Positions 1 to 9,702 are shown, counted from the first letter of the stretch. The stretch is DNA of 64,000 nt from Candidatus Thorarchaeota archaeon (GCA_046758445.1 JBHIAE010000013.1:1-64000), one strand, 5' to 3'. Made by a program: numbers and translations. Notes: a model not told the origin generated them from the letters alone.

Positions 1-17
1 TGGGGCTAGTATGTGTG

Positions 18-908
18 TTATTGAGGTTGAGGAGAAATCCGGCCAGACTTGGATGATTCTGCGAGGTTGCGGATCTTCTCTGCCAGTGTTTCATGGCGTT
101 TCTTCAAGTCTTGAGCCCTCTTCGACGCAAGCTCTCCGAGCCTAATCTTGATCTGGAAGTCACCTCTTTTTTCCTTGACTTTGTCGGAGAGTTGGAACTT
201 GAAGAACAGGGGACCATAGAAGTGTCGAGGGCTGATCTTCGCGCTCTCAATGTCCCTCAGTTTCATCTGGATGTATTTCCTAGCAAGTCCCCACTTTAAC
301 TCCATCTCCTCCACATGCTCCAATGGTAGGTAGTCAAGACTGCCGTAGTATGCTTTCTCCTCAATGTCAGGATAGAGCAGATAGTATCTTTCTGCAACCT
401 TCGTAGAGGCGATAATGTCGTTACCCACGACCAGAACTCGCTCAGTTGTGACCAATATGTGGCCAGACCTGAGGCGGTTAAAGCCTCCAAGCTCACACCC
501 GCCCCACTCAACTTGCACTACAACTTCATTTGGTCGAAGTAGGGGTTCTATGAACCTGCGTGTGATGTATTCAGTTTCAGGAAATGGGCTGTCCGTTTCC
601 CAAACAAATCCACAGACCTTCAGAATACCGCCGAATAGTTGCAGAGTGGGTATGTCCCTTCCTAACTCTGGATATCCCTGTTCAAGAAGAGCAACCCCAA
701 TATCAATGAACCTTGAGAACTGCGCGTCGGTCGCTGGACCGGGATGTGGAGGATACCCAGGCGGCCTTCCAAATGATAGAAGAGCATTCTCGAGGGAGCT
801 CCACTTCTCCTCAGTATATCCATCTTGCACAATCCTTTCGGCTCTATCCAAGGAATCATCGATTCCCCAGAGGGGCCTGTCCTCTTCCTTGCTCATATTT
901 CCCTCCAT
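18..908 (-). CDS. Hypothetical protein with probable C-terminal PH/GRAM-like domain
   Basis: 296-aa ORF; 'GHILVTTERVLVVG...YLPLEHVEEMEL' resembles the PH-fold GxLxxTxxRl motif; start may be ATG at 896 (MSKEE). Confidence 0.55.
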   Translation of the reverse strand: MEGNMSKEEDRPLWGIDDSLDRAERIVQDGYTEEKWSSLENALLSFGRPPGYPPHPGPATDAQFSRFIDIGVALLEQGYPELGRDIPTLQLFGGILKVCGFVWETDSPFPETEYITRRFIEPLLRPNEVVVQVEWGGCELGGFNRLRSGHILVTTERVLVVGNDIIASTKVAERYYLLYPDIEEKAYYGSLDYLPLEHVEEMELKWGLARKYIQMKLRDIESAKISPRHFYGPLFFKFQLSDKVKEKRGDFQIKIRLGELASKRAQDLKKRHETLAEKIRNLAESSKSGRISPQPQ

Positions 909-1140
909 TGTTTGTGCTGCATCTCAGCATTTGAATTCTGAGATTGGTCCCGTTCCGGAGCGGGATGCGCGACCAACTGAGGTTGATGAGCTGACTCTGC
1001 TCGACTATTCTGGCGAGGATGGCGTTATGTAGCCCCACTGTCCATGCCACTCTTCATGATATATGCATTGGAATGCTATGGAGAACCTTAAAACCCTACA
1101 TTGCCAGATTCCATCAGGTAGAGTATTATTGAGGGATTAG

Positions 1141-1998
1141 ATGGAAAGATTCAAGGTGATTAGTAGGTGGGACTATGCCCTACTGGTATTCGGCATATTG
1201 TACTTGGTTTCTGGGTTCCTAAGGGGAGATTATAGCCCACTAGGTGAGTTATCTCCAATGTGGGACTTCATTTTGGAACATATCAACCTGATTGCCCTGT
1301 GGGCAATAGGTAGCTTCGCTGTCAAGCGATATACAACTAAGGCGGACAGACTGCTCGACGAGTCCATTCTGCAACGAAAACAATCCACACAGGCAAAAGG
1401 AACACCATTCGAATTGCCTACAGAACAGCTCTTAGAGAGGTCAGACCATCTTGATGATGTACGGAACAACTTGAGGACTGGTATCAGTGTTTTGCTGGCT
1501 ATTGGTATCGGAGTGATAATCTGGCTATTGGGTAATACTGTACTTCTATCTACGCAAGTAGGTCAAGGTCTTCTTGTTGCTGCTGGGGCGCTCATAGGGT
1601 CGGCAACCTTTGCAGTTCTTGTTTCTTATACGGACTACACACTTCATCAAGGTGATAATGGCATGGGAGAAGGGCTCCTCCCAGAGAGCTTAACTGAAGA
1701 ACAATACGGCAATGAAATCAAGAGTATCGTTCATACAAAGCAAGAGATACTGAGAAGGATGCGCAGGTCGATTGGACTTGGTCTTCTTGGTTTCCTAGTG
1801 GCTGCGATTGGCGGATTCTTCATGCCTAGCATAACAACGACACCTCCTGCTCCAGAAGCGCCTGTAACAATGTCTAGTCTCACGACGCTTCAGACGGTAA
1901 CCGCAATCTCGATGTTCTCCTTCTTGGTGCTTCTTGGAGCGGCAATTGTCGGGCGGCACGTACTAGGTGTTATGAAACTCAAGACGGACGAAGAGTAG
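1141..1998 (+). CDS. Multi-pass membrane protein, unknown function
   Basis: 285 aa, about 6 hydrophobic segments in three hairpins. Confidence 0.65.
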   Translation: MERFKVISRWDYALLVFGILYLVSGFLRGDYSPLGELSPMWDFILEHINLIALWAIGSFAVKRYTTKADRLLDESILQRKQSTQAKGTPFELPTEQLLERSDHLDDVRNNLRTGISVLLAIGIGVIIWLLGNTVLLSTQVGQGLLVAAGALIGSATFAVLVSYTDYTLHQGDNGMGEGLLPESLTEEQYGNEIKSIVHTKQEILRRMRRSIGLGLLGFLVAAIGGFFMPSITTTPPAPEAPVTMSSLTTLQTVTAISMFSFLVLLGAAIVGRHVLGVMKLKTDEE

Positions 1999-2409
1999 TC
2001 CGGAGCTTTGAGAATTGCATTCAAGCATCCATACAAGGGACTCAGATCTTGCTCTTTGGAAACATTCAGAACGAAATAGTGGATAGGCCCGAGGTACACT
2101 GTATCCGAACAGGTCTGAGGCAATCCGCATCGCAATACGAGACCTTCTAAAGAGAGAGCTTTGGGGCTAGTCCCCTCTCTCTCCAAATTTGGCCTGCATT
2201 CTGACGCCACATCCTAGATTCATTGAAAAGAAACAGCACCTTCTCGGCAATGCCTGCTCACTCAGATTCGCGCGCGGGCAGGCCGTGAAACAAATGTTAA
2301 TATGTGCTCATATATTATAGTAGTCTACGAAGGTCTCTCTGCCTTTGAAACGGAGTGTGGCTGTAACATAGAACCAGGTGCTTCTGGAATGGGACTTGAG
2401 TCCACAGTC

Positions 2410-3360
2410 ATGGCAGGCGCCGTGAAACCCAACAATCGCCTCGTCAAGGGGTGTCCCTGTATGAAGGAGTTTGGTAGGGAGAAGGTCTGTCTCAACAATG
2501 ACGACGTCATCCCTATCAGAACCATTACAGTAGACCCCATATTCTTTGGCAACGTGAACTCATTTGAGGACCTGGCCGAGCTGAAGAGCAGTAAGAAAGG
2601 CATGTGCTATCTTCTCGTCTTTCTTGACAATGATAGTGAACAGACGTTCTGTGTTAGTCAAGGACAGCTTGTCAGAATCAATGGCAGAAAGGTGAAAGCA
2701 TCAGAGATATCGGCTGCACTTCAGTTCGTAACAACCACCGAAGAATCAAGTGACGGGGTGATCTGTTCCTCCTGTCTCTACAAGTACTTGCTGACTCTAG
2801 GTGACACTTTCTCCGATGTCCTGACCGAGAGCGAGAAGGATGAGCTCATCGCCTCGTATGTCAAGGGAGTAACCACACAAATGGCAGTCGACCTGATTGG
2901 CAACACTGAGGAAGCTGATTCTGAGGAGCTAGACGATCTCATCAACAAGCGTATCAAGACACTGCTTCAACTCAGAAGTTCGTGGACCTCAGTCATCCAT
3001 GACTTGAGATCGAGTGATTCAGACAGAGAGCTTGTTTCACTGATAGGACTCTATAGGCTTTTGTCCAGACTCGAGGGCATATTCCTATTCCAAGTTTCTA
3101 CGCTTAGAGACTCACATGACAGCCATGCTTCACTCGGGCTACTCAGGTTTATGGTTGACGTGGCTGAGAGAGTCATCCGGGTAATTGACGAGATCAGAGA
3201 GAAGACCTTCAGCCTCGGTAGCGACGGACGAATACCAAACAACATAGAAACACTTCTTGAGGAGCATCAAGAAAGGCGAAGTGAAACAGAGATTTGGTTC
3301 AGGAACTTGATTGGAATGCTGAATCAGATAGAAACGAGAACCTCACAAAAATCCCTATAA
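2410..3360 (+). CDS. Cys-rich hypothetical protein, paralog of 3435..4400
   Basis: ORF 2302..3360; ATG 2410 preferred from alignment with the paralog; GCPC...C...C...FCxSQG...CxxCLYK motif. Confidence 0.7.
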   Translation: MAGAVKPNNRLVKGCPCMKEFGREKVCLNNDDVIPIRTITVDPIFFGNVNSFEDLAELKSSKKGMCYLLVFLDNDSEQTFCVSQGQLVRINGRKVKASEISAALQFVTTTEESSDGVICSSCLYKYLLTLGDTFSDVLTESEKDELIASYVKGVTTQMAVDLIGNTEEADSEELDDLINKRIKTLLQLRSSWTSVIHDLRSSDSDRELVSLIGLYRLLSRLEGIFLFQVSTLRDSHDSHASLGLLRFMVDVAERVIRVIDEIREKTFSLGSDGRIPNNIETLLEEHQERRSETEIWFRNLIGMLNQIETRTSQKSL

Positions 3361-3434
3361 CATAGAGAGAGTACTCTAATGAGAGATTCGAGAAGGGACA
3401 TACAGGCAAAATCATTCACAGGGAGTGACGCGTC

Positions 3435-4400
3435 TTGACAGTTGGAAAGCAGGAATTCAGACAGGGCGACATTAGACTTGTCAGAGGATGCCCCTGCTAC
3501 AAGGTCTTCGGAGACGAGAAGCTCTGTGTCAATGATGACAAAGTCCTGGAGATAGAGGCTATAGAGGTAGACCCTCAGTTGTTCTCCTTTCATACCACCC
3601 GGGAGAGTATGAAACAGGAACAGGCGATGGACGACAACGTTTGCTACACCTCAATCTTTGTCAACTACCCTGATAACAGAGTGTTCTGCATCAGTCAGGG
3701 TTGGGTTCTCAGAATCCACGGTCGAAATGTGCCAGGTGATGATCTTGAGGATGCGCTGCAGTTCCTGTCGACGAAGGACCTCTCTGCCAGCACGGAGATC
3801 TGTAGCGAGTGCCTCTACAAGTTTCTGCTGACGCTTAGTGACAAGTTCGCAGATACCATGACGAAGAAGGAGAAGACTGACGAGGTCAAACGCTACGTTG
3901 ACAAGTTCTCCCTTATGGTTGCCGTGAAGCTCAGTGAAACAGATGAGTTGATGGAAGCAATCGGGACTGAAGATGACATAGAAGAGGGAATTGATCATTT
4001 CGCCTTCCTAAGGAACTATCTGGTTCAGCTATTGGACCAACAGCAGTTCTGGGGCAAATTACGAGAAGAGTTCCCTGATGATTCGGACGCTTGGTTGCGC
4101 GAAATTGTGGAGATGAGAGAGCGACTGGCAAGACTAGAGTACCAGTTCTACAGCCAAACTCTGCAGATCAGGGACATATATGACTTCAACATGATTATCA
4201 AAATGCTGCAATACATTCTCAAGACATCTGATGACATCTTGAACCTCAACGAGGGCATTCATGAGCGGATTCGATCCCGCAAGTTCAAGGAACACATTGG
4301 ATCTGATGATCGCCTTCAACGCCTCGCGACCTACGGCGACAAGAGCAGGACAGTGGAACACAACTTCGGCAACATTCTACAGATACTTAGTAGGCTCTAG
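3435..4400 (+). CDS. Cys-rich hypothetical protein, paralog of 2410..3360
   Basis: 321 aa; shares RLVxGCPCxKxFGxEKxCxNDD, FCxSQG and ICSxCLYKxLLTL with the upstream gene. Confidence 0.75.
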   Translation: MTVGKQEFRQGDIRLVRGCPCYKVFGDEKLCVNDDKVLEIEAIEVDPQLFSFHTTRESMKQEQAMDDNVCYTSIFVNYPDNRVFCISQGWVLRIHGRNVPGDDLEDALQFLSTKDLSASTEICSECLYKFLLTLSDKFADTMTKKEKTDEVKRYVDKFSLMVAVKLSETDELMEAIGTEDDIEEGIDHFAFLRNYLVQLLDQQQFWGKLREEFPDDSDAWLREIVEMRERLARLEYQFYSQTLQIRDIYDFNMIIKMLQYILKTSDDILNLNEGIHERIRSRKFKEHIGSDDRLQRLATYGDKSRTVEHNFGNILQILSRL

Positions 4401-4531
4401 TAATAATACTTCGATTAAGTAAGAATCCAACCGTACTCGAAGTTCCACGAGAACACGCCTCATTCTGTAGTGACCTTAGCTATGACGAACCCTTACAGAG
4501 GACAGCGTCAGGATGTATGTGTCTGACCATC

Positions 4532-5104
4532 CTAGAAGTCGAATCGGGGATCAGAGATAACAGCCTCGACAAACGATTGTGCGGTTGGATTCTCCTCAAT
4601 CTTGTTCCATTCCTCGGAGAACTCTTGGTAGACTCTTATGTCGTCAAGAACTGCGACTGCTGTTTCCTCCAGTTCGCTCGCAACTACTTCGGGACCAGTG
4701 TCAAGACCCGGACAGATCTCCTTCATCGCATTCAGCCCCCACGAAATGTCTCTCTTCTCCCCACTGAACACGAACGGAAATGACACACATACTGACGGTC
4801 GTATCGGATGAATCATACAAAGATCTTCTTTCAAGAAGACACACTCATGGTTCTCCATTCTACGAAAGGCGACGAATGCAGGTCCCCGTTCGGTATCCAC
4901 AGACGGGATTTCCCTGAGTCCATCCGGGATGGTCTCTCCAATCGACAAGACATAGAAGTCCAAGGCCCGCATGACTTGAGGAACTGATAGCCCAAGGAAT
5001 GTGGATAGACGAGTGATATCTCTACCAGTCACCGTGACCAAGATCTCCTTCTGTCTGCAGCATGCGCCACATTTGGTACATTCGAAGTGTATACCAGTTC
5101 CCAG
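4532..5104 (-). CDS. YkgJ-family cysteine cluster (CxxCxxCC) protein
   Basis: In-frame upstream extension of ORF 4532..5041 reads LGTGIHFECTKCGACC; downstream CVFL..C.IH..RP..C..FPF and CPG; probable CTG start at 5104 after GGAGGTG. Confidence 0.85.
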   Translation of the reverse strand: MGTGIHFECTKCGACCRQKEILVTVTGRDITRLSTFLGLSVPQVMRALDFYVLSIGETIPDGLREIPSVDTERGPAFVAFRRMENHECVFLKEDLCMIHPIRPSVCVSFPFVFSGEKRDISWGLNAMKEICPGLDTGPEVVASELEETAVAVLDDIRVYQEFSEEWNKIEENPTAQSFVEAVISDPRFDF

Positions 5105-5178
5105 GAGTCAGCACCTCCTGGCGACAGACAGACACAGACTCTGATAAAAACAACCAAATGACACGAATCTCCCCAACG

Positions 5179-6345
5179 TTAGTCAAGAGTAGTAAGGAAT
5201 CCTGCTAGCTCACCAAAGCCTTCTTCAATTGTTTCGAGACCCGTGGCATACGAGAACCTCAACATATGGTCATACTTCTCGCCAAAGGCAATCCCCGGAA
5301 CAGTAGTCACCCCCGTCTTCATGAGTATGAGTTCTGCCAGTGTGGTACTACTGAGCCCGTAGTTGCTGAAATCTGGAAACACGTAAAATGCCCCTTTTGG
5401 CTTTGCACAACTGACTCCTTCCATATCTGACAACAAAGCAGTGATTCTATCCCGTCGTTGTTCAAAGGCGCTTCTCATTCCCTCGACATGGCTTTGGTCA
5501 CCCGAGAGAGCCTCTACACCTGCATACTGGACAAAGGAAGTCGCACACGACGTGGTGTTCTGCTGAATCCGAACCATGTTTCGGATGGTTTCTGGATTGC
5601 CAATTGCATAACCCAGCCGCCATCCAGTCATAGAGTATGATTTCGAGAAACCACTGATAACTAGAGTCCGCTCCATCGACGGATCAACCTCCAGCATCGA
5701 TGCCTGACTAAAGCCATCGTACACGAGGTTCTCATAGATCTCGTCACTGAAGACCACGAAGTCATGATCGGAAGCCAGGTCATATATCAGCTTCATCTGA
5801 TCTTTCGTCAAGATACCACCCGTCGGGTTATTTGGACTGTTGATCACCAACGCTGAAACAGTCTTGTTGATACTCCTCTTCAGAGCTTCATCGTCAAGCT
5901 CGTATCCTGGCTTCGTTGGAACATCCCTGGGCTTTGCTCCGGCTGTGCGGAGCATAACGCGGTACGTGGGCCATGCTGGAGCGAGTAGTAGCACATCATC
6001 GCCAGTATCTATGCTACTAAGGAACCCTTGAAAGAGTGCCATCTTTGCCCCTGGAGTAACAATCACGTCCGTCTGTCCATCTATCTTGATGCCCCTTTTT
6101 GAATAGTGCTCTCGGATTGCATCTAACAGTGGAGTAATGCCTCTGGATGCTGTATATCGAGTCAGACCCTCATTCAGGGCGCGAACTGCCGCTTCCACGA
6201 TGTTCGATGGCGTTGGAAAGTCTGGCTGCCCAACCTCGAAGTGGTAGATGGTCTTCCCTTCTGCTTCGAGTCGAGACGCGAGCTCAAACATCTTCAGGGT
6301 ACTAGATGGAGGTATACGCTCCATGCGATGACTCGTCCAGTCCAT
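5179..6345 (-). CDS. aspC: Class I/II PLP aminotransferase (aspartate aminotransferase-like)
   Basis: GQPDF, NSPNNPTG, SDEIY, SFSKSYSMTGWRLGY-like (GFSKSYSMTGWRLGY) PLP-lysine motif. Confidence 0.9.
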   Translation of the reverse strand: MDWTSHRMERIPPSSTLKMFELASRLEAEGKTIYHFEVGQPDFPTPSNIVEAAVRALNEGLTRYTASRGITPLLDAIREHYSKRGIKIDGQTDVIVTPGAKMALFQGFLSSIDTGDDVLLLAPAWPTYRVMLRTAGAKPRDVPTKPGYELDDEALKRSINKTVSALVINSPNNPTGGILTKDQMKLIYDLASDHDFVVFSDEIYENLVYDGFSQASMLEVDPSMERTLVISGFSKSYSMTGWRLGYAIGNPETIRNMVRIQQNTTSCATSFVQYAGVEALSGDQSHVEGMRSAFEQRRDRITALLSDMEGVSCAKPKGAFYVFPDFSNYGLSSTTLAELILMKTGVTTVPGIAFGEKYDHMLRFSYATGLETIEEGFGELAGFLTTLD

Positions 6346-6437
6346 TCTGCTTCGCCACCCATTTCATGGTCGTTCTGACCCGGAACACTTCGCAATACAG
6401 CGCGCTCGATGGCTAATCTAATATTGCTTCCGGCGGT

Positions 6438-7265
6438 CTATCGCAACCTCATAGATTCCGCAAGAACACGCTTTTGGTGTTCAGTCCCTCTGACGGCTAT
6501 CCGGTCAAGAATCGCCTCACCAAGTCCTATTTCATGTGCCCTTCGGATGTATGGGACCTCTAGAGAATCAAACCCAAGTAGTCCAGCACAGAAGGCGTCG
6601 ACGGCAACGGCATCCCTCCCGACGACAACCCCTCCCACTCTTCTCGCTTCACCTGTCAGTCGCTCTCCCACAACGACCTCGCTCAAGTCCATTATAGTAA
6701 GATCAGGACGAGACAAATCTAGCATGTCGAGGAGGACATCATCGAGAAAGGGGTGAAGCGCTTGCTTGTCCACATCTGGGAGCAATCCAAAAAGGTTCTT
6801 AACGGCCCCGGAAACAGCGTGGCTTTCTGGATCTACCTTCAAAGTGGCAACATTGACCAACAGTCGGTTACCAAGAAGCGATATGGGAATCGAATGCGTC
6901 TCAAAGTGGTGACCAGGCATAACAACAAGCTTCTGTGGCTCAGTTGTCAGATTTACCAGTTTAACTTGATTTCCTGCCAATTCATGATATCCACATTGCG
7001 AGAAAGCATCGGATGTGGTTCTGAGCGGATTATCACTCTCAACGATGAGGATCTCTGAAGATTCTTTGAAGAGTCCAACAACAGAGTGCATGATGTCCAA
7101 AGAGGTGTTGCCTGGCAGCTTCGGATCCAGAATTGAGGGTTTGACCACAACTCGGTCAATTGAGCCTGATATTGACAGCGGCGAGGAAAGACTAGCCAAT
7201 GCTGTTGTCAGAGCTTCATGGACAGTTCTCTTGACAGCGATTGCAACCTCAACAGGATGCTCCAT
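6438..7265 (-). CDS. DUF362 domain protein
   Basis: VVVKP, SGAVKNLFG, DAVAVDA, GLG motifs typical of DUF362. Confidence 0.8.
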   Translation of the reverse strand: MEHPVEVAIAVKRTVHEALTTALASLSSPLSISGSIDRVVVKPSILDPKLPGNTSLDIMHSVVGLFKESSEILIVESDNPLRTTSDAFSQCGYHELAGNQVKLVNLTTEPQKLVVMPGHHFETHSIPISLLGNRLLVNVATLKVDPESHAVSGAVKNLFGLLPDVDKQALHPFLDDVLLDMLDLSRPDLTIMDLSEVVVGERLTGEARRVGGVVVGRDAVAVDAFCAGLLGFDSLEVPYIRRAHEIGLGEAILDRIAVRGTEHQKRVLAESMRLR

Positions 7266-7389
7266 GATATCGAGATACGACTCATCCTTGCTTTAAGTGA
7301 GCCCCTAAGCGGTTCAATTTGATGAGGTGTCAGAAACGCAAGCAATGGATTGGATTGTTGCTTGTGCTGATGCTTTGATACATTCGTGG

Positions 7390-8220
7390 TCATGTACCGA
7401 AGAACAGTCTCCTTGCGCGCTGCTTTCGCTCTTCCTCAGTTTCGTCTGTTTCAGGAGGAGGCGGTGGAGGTGGCGGCTTGCTCTTGACGGGGGGTTCGTC
7501 TGTTTCTTCAATCTCTATCGACTCTTCGATTGAGGCGTAATCCGATTCAATATCAAACTCATCTTCATCCTCAAATTCGTCATCAGGAATGGGTGGCTCG
7601 TCATATGGAGTCCATACCTCACGCCTTTCAGAAGTCGGTGATACTTCAGGAGATTCTTCCTCATCAGATAGTGCATAGTCCTCAGTCGACTCAATAGCTT
7701 CTTCATACTCATGCATGGTTTCGGGTTCCATGTCCTCACTTTGAAGAGTCATCTCCTCAGCGAGGACAGAACGCATGATCTCTTCAGGACTGGAGGGTTC
7801 AGTCTCCACAGTGGTGGTGTCCAAGGGCGTTACTTCAGACTCGTCCATTATGGATTCAGTGACACTCGAGTCAGCAACGGATTCCTCAGGTGGTGTTACC
7901 TCGAAGTCGTATGATGCTGGCTCGTCGGGCTCCGATTCTTCAGAGTCTGGACCCGCTTCAAGACTCGATTCAGCCATGCGAGCCTCTTCAGCCATCTCTT
8001 CGGCTCCCTTTCCATACTTCAGCCCAAGTTCCTTTCCAAGACAGGACTCACAACGCTTTGCTGCTGCAACCAACCCTTCAGCAAGGAACTCATCAAGAGA
8101 CTTAGCATCTTCTGGATGCCTGCTGGCCCACCTCAAGAATGAGTCTACCATTCGTAGAGCATCTCGTACACCAATCCAATAGTTGTCGTCCTTCTCATTC
8201 GAACTCACGAATGCCACCAA
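7390..8220 (-). CDS. Hypothetical protein: small N-terminal CxxC domain, acidic disordered linker, polyproline tail
   Basis: 276 aa; E/D-rich middle; P8 run; C-terminal helix EEERKQRARRLFF. Confidence 0.75.
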   Translation of the reverse strand: MVAFVSSNEKDDNYWIGVRDALRMVDSFLRWASRHPEDAKSLDEFLAEGLVAAAKRCESCLGKELGLKYGKGAEEMAEEARMAESSLEAGPDSEESEPDEPASYDFEVTPPEESVADSSVTESIMDESEVTPLDTTTVETEPSSPEEIMRSVLAEEMTLQSEDMEPETMHEYEEAIESTEDYALSDEEESPEVSPTSERREVWTPYDEPPIPDDEFEDEDEFDIESDYASIEESIEIEETDEPPVKSKPPPPPPPPETDETEEERKQRARRLFFGT

Positions 8221-8274
8221 TTGAGTTAAGCCCGGATTCCGAATAAAGCCTTTGTATCACACTGCGTTGAAGGG

Positions 8275-8763
8275 CTATTTCTTCGAACCTGCGATCTCGA
8301 GGATCTCCTGTAGTAGGTCATCCAAGACATTGTTCACTTCAGTCTTCTTGAACTTATCAAGCGAATTCCCCAAGCATATGACACGAGTTGGTGTTCCCTC
8401 TCCGAGGTTGTTTCGTATCTCATTTCGGTACACCGTTTCAATCTGGGGGTCGGCCTCCCTAAGGACTATGATGACACCCTTCGCACCCTTGTATGTCAGG
8501 GAGAGAAGAATGTCCAGGGCTGCGTGTTCTGGTGACATGAAGAGAGTCCTAACATCAGAGTCCGCAAGTTCAAGTTTCGTCGCGCCAATTCTGATGCCGT
8601 CCACTGCGACAACCTGCTGATTAAACACAGCCAACACTCTTCCCAAGAGCACGTCTTCCGGGCCCACGACTGTAATCTTGAAGAGATACCGAGACTTCTG
8701 CTTGGGCTTCTTCTTGCGTTTGCACTTTGGTTTGGCTTTCTTTACTTTCTGCTTGGACGGCAT
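8275..8763 (-). CDS. Degenerate Rab/Ras-like small GTPase-fold protein
   Basis: YLFKITVVG, TYKGAKGVIIV and LGNSLD match Rab framework strands; G1, G3 and G4 motifs are lost. Confidence 0.65.
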   Translation of the reverse strand: MPSKQKVKKAKPKCKRKKKPKQKSRYLFKITVVGPEDVLLGRVLAVFNQQVVAVDGIRIGATKLELADSDVRTLFMSPEHAALDILLSLTYKGAKGVIIVLREADPQIETVYRNEIRNNLGEGTPTRVICLGNSLDKFKKTEVNNVLDDLLQEILEIAGSKK

Positions 8764-8935
8764 GCTAGTCCCTCATTATTGCATCCCAATGCGGCGCGGC
8801 GTGACTTAAAAAAACTCACACTGTATGTAAACTACTCTTTAGCATAGATATGTGTTGTGCGGAGGTGTTCAAAGGACAGCGTATGCACATAGATTATTAA
8901 GCGAAATCAGAGGGGGCCAAAATAGTGAGATAGAA

Positions 8936-9283
8936 TTGGCCACAAGCAGCGAAGTATTTGAGGCCCTCAAACCTGTTATGGATCCAGAACACCCTGTAAG
9001 CATCACTGATCCAAGATTGGCAATTGTGAAAGAAGACTATATCAGAGTCACCGGAAGTCTCATTCGAGTACTATTCAGACCAACAGTTGGGCATTGCCCA
9101 ATGTCCGGTCTTATCGGAATTCTTATTCGCCATCGTCTTGAGCAGGTCTACCCTGATGCTGAAGTGAAGGTCACTCTTGTACCGGGCTCCCATAATATGG
9201 AGAACGATGTCAACACGATGATAAGCGATAACGATAGGTACTCCAGCATAGTGGAACAGCTGCGAGAACGTGGAATGATCTGA
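8936..9283 (+). CDS. CIA2/MIP18 (FAM96)-like Fe-S assembly protein (DUF59 fold)
   Basis: DPEHP, FRPTVGHCPMSGLIG and PGSHxxExxVN motifs; TTG 8936 is the likely start within ORF 8852..9283. Confidence 0.8.
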   Translation: MATSSEVFEALKPVMDPEHPVSITDPRLAIVKEDYIRVTGSLIRVLFRPTVGHCPMSGLIGILIRHRLEQVYPDAEVKVTLVPGSHNMENDVNTMISDNDRYSSIVEQLRERGMI

Positions 9284-9307
9284 ATCGACAAGCAGAGAGG
9301 TTGAAGC

Positions 9308-9688
9308 TTGAGAAGAGGAGAACAACTAGTCATCGCAGGTTTCATCACTGTCTTCATAGGTCTGGTCATTCTTGCATTCTCTTCTGTGAGTCCCGGGGAA
9401 GGATTCTTCTTCGTCTTTCCATTCTTCTTCTTCGCGGGTTCGAATGCTGCGATAGGTCTGCTCCTCGTAGGTGCGATATTCGTCCTGATATTCTACTTCA
9501 TACGAACGTTGCAGGTGTCGACTACGACAGAAGCACAGTGGAACACTCGTCAGGATAGACCTTCGTATGTGAGACTGACCAAAGTATGTGACTTCTGTGG
9601 AGAGCCTGTACCAGAGGGAGCATCATTCTGTCCTTCTTGCGGCAGTCCTGCTCAGCGTGAGTCAACCAGTGACTACTATTCACAGTAG
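9308..9688 (+). CDS. Membrane protein with C-terminal zinc ribbon
   Basis: N-terminal TM helices (DUF131-like) plus CDFCG...FCPSCG. Confidence 0.75.
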   Translation: MRRGEQLVIAGFITVFIGLVILAFSSVSPGEGFFFVFPFFFFAGSNAAIGLLLVGAIFVLIFYFIRTLQVSTTTEAQWNTRQDRPSYVRLTKVCDFCGEPVPEGASFCPSCGSPAQRESTSDYYSQ

Positions 9689-9702
9689 GCTGCAATTCTC
9701 TG

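Noticed and set aside
415-1032. Long antisense ORFs (e.g. 415..1032, 15531..16139, 48398..49075)
   Set aside because: Shadow frames of well-supported genes on the opposite strand
2151-2182. AGAGAGAG..GGGG/CCCC..TCTCTCT hairpin, and GGGGCTAGT recurring near 2, 2163 and 31911
   Set aside because: Short and low-complexity; three copies of a 9-mer picked after the fact is weak evidence
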